Virus record (IMG/VR): IMGVR_UViG_3300042549_011229
Location: 1 to 27,419 of that record
Strand: one strand, 5' to 3'
Source of the DNA: a virus
Lineage: Duplodnaviria; Caudoviricetes
DNA length: 27,419 nucleotides
Shown here: in pieces, positions 18,355 to 24,372 of the stretch
Layout of the letters: every line of letters starts with the position of its first letter
How positions within the stretch are numbered: the first letter of the stretch is position 1
Notes under the pieces: model-generated
Seen by the model: only the letters and a program-made list of their open reading frames with translations
Told to the model about the DNA's origin: nothing
Databases searched by the model: none
Program-made: the position numbers and the translations under genes

Positions 18355-19386
18355 ATGAGGGCGGCTGTGGTGTTTCTCTCAGTTATGACCATCGCTATCG
18401 TCATTTCGGGATGCAGGCCAGAACAGAAAAGCAAGACGACAGTCGGAAGTGACTCGGTCGACGACGGGCAGCCGATCTACAGCGATCCAAATGAGCCATT
18501 TCTTTTCTCAGATGACGACTTTGCAAAAAATCAGGCCGATTCTAGAAAGTCTTATTGCGCGACTGTCGCCTTTCGCACCTATCAAGGCAAGGGCCCTTCG
18601 TCACCGAAACTGGTCAAGGCCTTAAGGCAGGATGACCATTGGACGGCAAGGCAGGAACTGGCGGCCGACGTGGCGACACCGACAGGTTTAAGCGCGCCCC
18701 AGAGGCGATGGATCGATCTTACCCGAAAGTCTCTTGAGTTGACCGCTGCCTCGGCGCGAGGAGACGTGGATGCTGTCAAAAAGCTGCTGGCCGAGGGGGC
18801 AGATCCCAATTTTGCCGTCGAGGATCGTAAGACCATGGGGCCGATGGCCTGGGCCGCGCTGTGCGATAGGGCCGATGTCGTCAAGGCGCTGGTAGCGGCA
18901 GGAGGGCAAGTCGATCAGGTCTTTTCTTGGGAGGTTAGCAGAGAGCAACTCTTCTTCACACCGCTGGGGTTGGCCGCAGACCAAAGTGCGGCTGCATCCG
19001 TGGTGGCGCTCCTCAAAGCCGGGGCCGATCCCAATGCTTTCTACTCGACGCCAGAAGCCCGCCGAGGTTGGGGCGGGTCTGGGCTCCCGCCATTATTAGG
19101 CACCTCGACGCACAAGGTCGTTGAGGCCTTGCTCGACGGTGGGGCCAATCCCGACGTCGCCAACGCGGGAGGGTGGACTCCCTTGATGAATGCGGCGGAG
19201 TGGAATGACCCGGGGAAGATTACTTTGCTGCTGCAGTACGGGGCGAACCCCAAGCTGAGGAACGACAACGGCGACACGGCGCTCGATATGGCGCGTCGGA
19301 ACCCGTCGAATGAATCCGTTCTTGCCCTTACCGGAACTGCGCCAAAGCGCAGATATCCAAGGGGTCGGGCGCAAACCGTCCACTAA
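18355..19386 (+). CDS. Ankyrin-repeat lipoprotein, orphan immunity candidate and paralogue of 16569-17597, 343 aa
   Basis: Lipobox VISG-C. Ankyrin motifs TPLGLAA, GWTPLMNAA and GDTALDMA. Shares DDxxxARQxL..PxGL..TMxPxAWAAxC with immunity candidate 3. Confidence 0.82.
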   Translation: MRAAVVFLSVMTIAIVISGCRPEQKSKTTVGSDSVDDGQPIYSDPNEPFLFSDDDFAKNQADSRKSYCATVAFRTYQGKGPSSPKLVKALRQDDHWTARQELAADVATPTGLSAPQRRWIDLTRKSLELTAASARGDVDAVKKLLAEGADPNFAVEDRKTMGPMAWAALCDRADVVKALVAAGGQVDQVFSWEVSREQLFFTPLGLAADQSAAASVVALLKAGADPNAFYSTPEARRGWGGSGLPPLLGTSTHKVVEALLDGGANPDVANAGGWTPLMNAAEWNDPGKITLLLQYGANPKLRNDNGDTALDMARRNPSNESVLALTGTAPKRRYPRGRAQTVH

Positions 19387-19410
19387 ACGCCCCTTCGGGA
19401 TTGGCCGGCG

Positions 19411-21006
19411 GTGACGGCAGCGCAGCGGGACGGCCTGGCCGTGGCCATCCAGGACGAGCGCACCCGGACGGACGCGAGAGATCAGGTCGCGGCCCTGGCG
19501 CATGGCATGGCCGATGTCGCCGGGGATCTCGATGGCCTGCTGGCCCGCGCTGGCGATGCGGCGGGAAATGATCCGGCCAAGGCCGACGCCTACCGGGCCG
19601 CCGCCCTCGGCCTATGGCACGGCGCCCGTCAGGCCCGCGACGCGGCCGAGGACGCCGCCTGGACCGGCGTCCTGCCCCACCTGACCGGCGGGGCGGTCAC
19701 CGCCTGGACCGACCTGCCGGCCGACGTCTGGCGCGCCTTGTCGCCGCGCCAGCAGGCGGCCGTCCGTGAGCGGACGGAGAACCCCTATGGGGGGTCTGAT
19801 CCGGAGGTTCTGGCCGAGTTGAAGGACATGGTCGCCAAGGACCCCGCGGGGTTCAAGGCGATGGATTTGGGGCAGCTGTATGGGGTGCTGGCGCCGGAGG
19901 ACGCGGCGGAGTGGCGGGCGCTGCAGGAGGGGGCACGGTCGGGGGAGGAGGTATGGGGGCGGAGTCAGGCCCAGTTGGCGATGGTTAGCCGGGCCGTAGA
20001 CTTCGTGAACAGAGATAGATCAGGCAGGCGCTCACCATTCTACCAAGCAATCGAGCAGGCCAGCGCCCGACAAGCCGCACCCCTGACGTGGAATGAAATG
20101 CTGGCGGCCTGCCAGCCGGTGTCCTCGACGTCTCCAGGACTGTTCCAGCGGGAGGCTGAAGCAGATGCCGTTAGGAAATCCGTCGTAGCAGCCTTGCCGC
20201 AGAATGCATCGGCCGACGATCCTTTCGCACCCCCGCTTTCACCTGAAGACATGCTCTCGCCGGGGTGGCGTCGTCCGGATGAAAACCCCAACCTCGGCGC
20301 CTTATCCAAAGAAAAGGAGTCGGGCGGGGCGGGCCCAGGGCTGATCACTCGAGCAAAAGGTGACCCAGGGCAGGCCTCTTATGGTATTTATCAGTTCTCC
20401 ACCAGATACGGTGTCGCGAAGGACTTCGCGCTTTCTGCAGAGGCGGCTCCTTGGAGGAATCTCTTTGGTAGGGCGCCGGCTCCCGGTACGACCGCATTCG
20501 ACGTCGCATGGGAGTCGGCGGCGGCCGCCGATCCGAGCGGTTTCGCCAGTGCCCAACACCAATTCTACAAGCGATCCGCATTTGACCCGTTTTTGACGAC
20601 GCTCAACCTCGCAACTTCTAAAAAGCTGAGCGTCGGGACGACGCTGGATTTTCGGAAAAGCTCATACGTCCTTCAGGATGTTCTTTGGTCGACGCGCGTT
20701 CACCACGGCAATGACGGAGCTATAAATGTGGTTGAGAACGCGATGAGAGATGCCGATTTCATAAGAAGGGTCGAGGTATACAGCCACGGCCCATGGTCTA
20801 ACGATGAAAGGGAGCGGTTGAAATTCGATGCGGAGCGCGACCTTATCGCTGCTGTATACGCAGAGCGCGGTAGAACTGATGCTAACGGCGGTCTAGTATA
20901 CTTTAAGGCCGCCGGAGCCAGGTTTTCAAAGGGTCTGAAGCTGAGGTTCATTGACGAGGCCCGCTCTGCCTTGGCGGCTCAAAGCGAGGAGGCCCGACTA
21001 CGATGA
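19411..21006 (+). CDS. Orphan cassette 5: repeat copy (about 19420-19934) plus second VgrG3-like hydrolase CT (about 20284-21006)
   Basis: LGALSKEKES..GDPGQASYGIYQF..AQHQFYKR..SYVLQDVLWST..HG..LIAAVYAERG..RFIDE; a divergent homologue of CT1. Confidence 0.82.
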   Translation: MTAAQRDGLAVAIQDERTRTDARDQVAALAHGMADVAGDLDGLLARAGDAAGNDPAKADAYRAAALGLWHGARQARDAAEDAAWTGVLPHLTGGAVTAWTDLPADVWRALSPRQQAAVRERTENPYGGSDPEVLAELKDMVAKDPAGFKAMDLGQLYGVLAPEDAAEWRALQEGARSGEEVWGRSQAQLAMVSRAVDFVNRDRSGRRSPFYQAIEQASARQAAPLTWNEMLAACQPVSSTSPGLFQREAEADAVRKSVVAALPQNASADDPFAPPLSPEDMLSPGWRRPDENPNLGALSKEKESGGAGPGLITRAKGDPGQASYGIYQFSTRYGVAKDFALSAEAAPWRNLFGRAPAPGTTAFDVAWESAAAADPSGFASAQHQFYKRSAFDPFLTTLNLATSKKLSVGTTLDFRKSSYVLQDVLWSTRVHHGNDGAINVVENAMRDADFIRRVEVYSHGPWSNDERERLKFDAERDLIAAVYAERGRTDANGGLVYFKAAGARFSKGLKLRFIDEARSALAAQSEEARLR

Positions 21007-21011
21007 TGGGC

Positions 21012-21026
21012 GTTGCCATTTTGTTC
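21012..21026 (+). promoter_or_regulatory. LexA-like box (1 mismatch) before immunity candidate 5
   Basis: GTTG-ccatttt-GTTC. Confidence 0.55.
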
Positions 21027-21066
21027 TAGCCCGCATAGTTTTGACCTCTCCGCATGCGAGGAACCT

Positions 21067-21675
21067 ATGGCTTCAAAATGTACCCTCGTCCTGTTGATCT
21101 CGTCGCTGGCTGTCACGACCGGTTGCGACAAGCGAAATGGTCAACCCGATAGCTCTAATGTCGCCATCGCTGGACAGGAGGGCTATGCAAAATCATCTAC
21201 TCGACAGGCAACGGATAAATGCTGCGTCGACTATCGGGACGAGGTGACTCAGTCTCGCCTGCTTCAAAGGCAGGCTGATGAGGAGGAGAAGGCTCGGCAG
21301 CAGGATCAAGCTCTATTCAAACCAGTTAGCCGGTTTGAGCGAATTGTTCCTTCCGGCTGGCCAGGGGCCGAATTCGTATTGTCGCGTGACGGAGCGCGGT
21401 GGCGTGTGGAAATTGTTGTTGGCGCGGAGCCGGCCGGCATAGCAACAAAGGCCGACTGCCGCATGATCTTGATCGGCCACATGAAAAATGGCCGACTTGT
21501 GGTTGGGCCGAATAAAGAAACCTCTATTGCTGCCGATTATGTTAGGGGCAGCGTTGTTCAAATGATTTCAATAAATGGAAACTTTGCGAAAATATTAGAC
21601 AATAACTCTTCCGCATACTGTGATGGCCCGTACTATGCTAAGGGGGTCTATAAGAAATCTGGCAAAAATCGGTGA
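21067..21675 (+). CDS. Lipoprotein, putative immunity protein for CT5, 202 aa
   Basis: ATG 21067 after GAGGA; lipobox VTTG-C. The RWRV..GxATxAxC..G..KxGxL..C..GxY pattern is shared with 12103-12678. Confidence 0.7.
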   Translation: MASKCTLVLLISSLAVTTGCDKRNGQPDSSNVAIAGQEGYAKSSTRQATDKCCVDYRDEVTQSRLLQRQADEEEKARQQDQALFKPVSRFERIVPSGWPGAEFVLSRDGARWRVEIVVGAEPAGIATKADCRMILIGHMKNGRLVVGPNKETSIAADYVRGSVVQMISINGNFAKILDNNSSAYCDGPYYAKGVYKKSGKNR

Positions 21676-21720
21676 TCGTTGCGTCTTGGAAAATTAACTG
21701 GGCAAGGCGCCCCTCAGCGG

Positions 21721-22447
21721 GCGGTTAGCGCCCGCTGCGAACCTGGTTTTGTCGCCGAGTTCGTCCGTCTCAGCGACATCGATCCGCACTAGGCCCCTGA
21801 CGCCCTGGCTTCAGCCATGCAGTCTGCGCGGCGGGCGCTGCTGTCCCAGGCTTATGCCCAGAGAATCGCCCAGGCAATCGGCCGCGATCCGGCCGCGGCC
21901 CAGGCGTTGCTCGACCGGGACGGCGGAGCGGGACGGCCTGGCCCTGGCCATCCACGACGAGCGCACCCGTAGGGAGGCGCGCGACCGGGTCGCGGCCCTG
22001 GCGCATGGCATGGACGACGTCGCCGGCGATCTCGATGGCCTGCTGGCCCGCGCTGGCGATGCGGCGGGAAATGATCCGGCCAAGGCCGACGCCTACCGGG
22101 CCGCCGCCCTCGGCCTACGGCACGGCGCCCGCCAGGCCCGCGACGCGGCCGAGGACGCCGCCTGGATCGGCGTCCTGCCCCACCTGACCGGCGGGGCGGT
22201 CACCGCCTGGACCGACCTGCCTGCCGACGTCTGGCGCGCCCTGTCGCCGCGCCAGCAGGCGGCGGTCCGCGAGCGGACGGAGAACCCCTATGGGGAGTCG
22301 GATCCGGTGGTTCTGGCCCGGTTGAAGGACATGGTCGCCAAGGACCCTGCGGGGTTCAGATCATGGCCTTGGGAGAACTGTTTGAACGTCAGCGGCGATG
22401 CAGGTTATGGACAGGGCCAAGGGCCCCTTGAAATGTCCGGGCTATAG
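21721..22447 (+). pseudogene. Orphan cassette 6: decayed repeat copy with no toxin domain
   Basis: Matches the master from 10209 but has internal deletions and a TAG in the ancestral frame. The core is intact, then frameshifts after DPAGF (MALGELF vs MDLGELY). No CT follows. Confidence 0.8.
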
Positions 22448-22526
22448 GCTGCCCTCGCCCACTGCGGGGCGGCCGGAATGAACCAAACAGGCGGAAACAA
22501 GACCCAAACGGTCGGCTAGGATTGAG

Positions 22527-23660
22527 ATGATGCGGCGCGCGCCCAAACTGACAATCGAGGACATCATCCGTTTCAGCGCCCTGATCTGTGGGTGCCTGTT
22601 GTTTTTCGTAACCGCCGCGCCGGCGGCAGCCCAGACTCCTGCGCAAGATGTCGCCAATGGCATAGCCGCTCGAAACAAGGGCGATGAAGCCGGTGCGACG
22701 AAGCTGTTTGAACGCGCCTGTACGGCGAGGGTCACAGCGGGCTGTTTCAATATTGGGCTGGCCTATGAATTCGGCCGGGGCGTCACCATCGATCTGGCTC
22801 GCGCCACCGGACTCTACGACAAGGCCTGCAACGGAGGGGACGGCCGGGGCTGCACCTATCTTGGCAGCAGCTATGCCAGCGGCAAGGGCGTCGCCACCGA
22901 TGCAAACCGCGCCAACGGCTTGTTTGAGAAGGCCTGCGCGATGGGCGATGGGGAAGGCTGCACGATCCTTGGCTCGCAATATTCCGCGGGGTCGACCGTT
23001 CCCCGCGACCTGGCCCGGGCGAATGCGCTGTACGAGAAGGGCTGCAACGCCGGGCACGCAAGAGGCTGCGTGGCCCTCGCTGAGAACTATACGACCGGGA
23101 CGGGCCTTGCCGCCGATCTGGGGCGGGCCGATGTCTTCTTTGAGAAAGCCTGCAATGCAGATTCCTCCAACGCCTGTCTGCGGCTTGCAAGCAAGTACGC
23201 CAATGGCACAGGCGTCACCCGCGACGACAGCCGCGCCGCCGGCTTCTACGAAAAGGCCTGCAATTCGACGTATGGCGGAAACAAGGGGTGCTTCGGCCTC
23301 GGGGTCTTCTATGAAAATGGCAGAGGCGTTACGCGGGATCTCGTCCGCGCCAATGAACTCTATGCGAAATCCTGCACCCTCATGGAAGCGCGAGCCTGCC
23401 TGAACCTGGGATACAACTACCAGAACCAGAGAGGCATAGCGCGGGATCTGACCGGTGCTCAGGCGACTGCCCGCGCCATTCCGTTTTACGAGCGGGCGTG
23501 CAAAGGCGGCGTTGACAAGGGCTGCCTCAATCTCGGCAACATCTACCGGAGTGGGACAGGCGTCACGGCTGATCCGGCCCGGGCGAGGCAGTTCTACCAG
23601 CTGGCATGCACGGCGGGGAACCAAGAGGGCTGTCAGTTGGCCCGGGCTCCAAGCAACTAG
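22527..23660 (+). CDS. Secreted Cys-rich Sel1-like repeat protein, possible orphan immunity protein, 377 aa
   Basis: Signal peptide ending AAA-Q. Nine Cys pairs (mostly C-x7-C) in roughly 36-aa repeats of the form YEKAC..GCxxLGxxYxxGxGVxxD. Confidence 0.88.
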   Translation: MMRRAPKLTIEDIIRFSALICGCLLFFVTAAPAAAQTPAQDVANGIAARNKGDEAGATKLFERACTARVTAGCFNIGLAYEFGRGVTIDLARATGLYDKACNGGDGRGCTYLGSSYASGKGVATDANRANGLFEKACAMGDGEGCTILGSQYSAGSTVPRDLARANALYEKGCNAGHARGCVALAENYTTGTGLAADLGRADVFFEKACNADSSNACLRLASKYANGTGVTRDDSRAAGFYEKACNSTYGGNKGCFGLGVFYENGRGVTRDLVRANELYAKSCTLMEARACLNLGYNYQNQRGIARDLTGAQATARAIPFYERACKGGVDKGCLNLGNIYRSGTGVTADPARARQFYQLACTAGNQEGCQLARAPSN

Positions 23661-23665
23661 ATACT

Positions 23666-23694
23666 GTCAGGTTCTGAGGGAAACAGAACCTGAC
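23666..23694. terminator. Hairpin after the Sel1 gene, between convergent genes
   Basis: Perfect 11-bp stem GTCAGGTTCTG / CAGAACCTGAC with a 7-nt loop; no strong U-tract. Confidence 0.45.
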
Positions 23695-23819
23695 CAACGG
23701 TTTGCCGGGCCCCGGCGGCCTGGTTACTTACTGGCGCCGGCGTCGGCGTGTTCGAAGGGCCGCCGCTGCCGGGCCTGACGGCGGCTTCCCCTCGATGACG
23801 GCGTCCGGCCGCAGGCTGC

Positions 23820-24212
23820 CTAGGTGGGCCGGCGCCGGGCCGTCAGTCTCTCCCAGAGGACCCGCGGCCAGTCATGCTTCATGGTCGGTCGTTCGACCAA
23901 GGCGTAGAAGATAAGGCCGGCGACGATCGAGGCCAGGATGCTGAGGCTGAACAGGGCCCAGACCCCGAACAGGTTCCCTGGAATCCAGATCCGCCGCACG
24001 ATCTCGCCATAGACCTGCATCAGCGGAACGTGGACCAGATAGATCGAGTAACAGGCGCCCCCGATCAGCGCGATCCAGGGAGAGCCGATAAATCTCGACC
24101 CGCGGGGGCCGAGGACCGCCCCCAGATAGATGGCCAGGATCGCCGTCAGCAAGGCGGCGCCCTGGAGCAGCCCTGTAGGCTTTCCGGCCTGACGCGAGGG
24201 GGCCTTCTGCAT
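23820..24212 (-). pseudogene. C-terminal fragment of an acyltransferase-3 (OafA-like) membrane protein
   Basis: IGGACYSIYLVH and FYALVERP motifs with TM helices. Only about 130 aa are present; the N-terminal two-thirds is absent. Confidence 0.75.
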
Positions 24213-24260
24213 CCATCCACTGAATGCGGTGCCCGACAAATGAAATGCCTCTGCGGTTCC

Positions 24261-24291
24261 ATGCGATAATAGGCGGCCGCTTCGATAGCGG
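24261..24291 (+). promoter_or_regulatory. Putative promoter motif A, copy 2
   Basis: ATGCGATAAT-N5-GCCGCTTCGATAGCGG, as at 990-1021. Confidence 0.6.
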
Positions 24292-24296
24292 CCGAG

Positions 24297-24347
24297 ACGG
24301 ACCCGCGCCGATGCTCCCAGGGCGCCCGCGGACAAGCCACTCCCCCT
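24297..24347 (+). promoter_or_regulatory. Putative structured leader motif B, copy 2
   Basis: ACGGACCCGCGCC...CCGCGGACAAGCCACTCCCCCT, as at 4022-4072. Confidence 0.55.
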
Positions 24348-24372
24348 GACCCGCTCGCCACAAGGGAGTCGC

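Noticed and set aside
11407-21006. Type VI secretion locus, suggested by the VgrG3-like domains
   Set aside because: Only the catalytic C-terminal domain type is present. There are no VgrG spike, Hcp, PAAR or tss genes.
12826-21006. Hydrolase ORFs as ordinary endolysins
   Set aside because: They are fused to ejection-protein repeats and paired with lipoproteins, and the holin-like gene lies elsewhere. A role as alternative virion entry enzymes, rather than toxins, is not excluded.
21715-21737. 9-bp hairpin CAGCGGGCG/CGCCCGCTG as a terminator after immunity candidate 5
   Set aside because: It overlaps the decayed repeat copy and lacks an adjacent U-tract, so it could be chance in GC-rich DNA.
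10209-22447. Repeats as a CRISPR array, diversity-generating retroelement or shufflon
   Set aside because: Units are 0.5-0.9 kb coding segments, all in direct orientation. There is no cas, reverse transcriptase or invertase gene in the window, and the differences are not adenine-specific.
22448-22526. LexA box before the Sel1 gene
   Set aside because: Only a weak AAAC-N7-AAAC is present, with a mismatch in both half-sites.
22389-23624. 411-aa minus-strand ORF
   Set aside because: It is the shadow of the Sel1 repeat gene.
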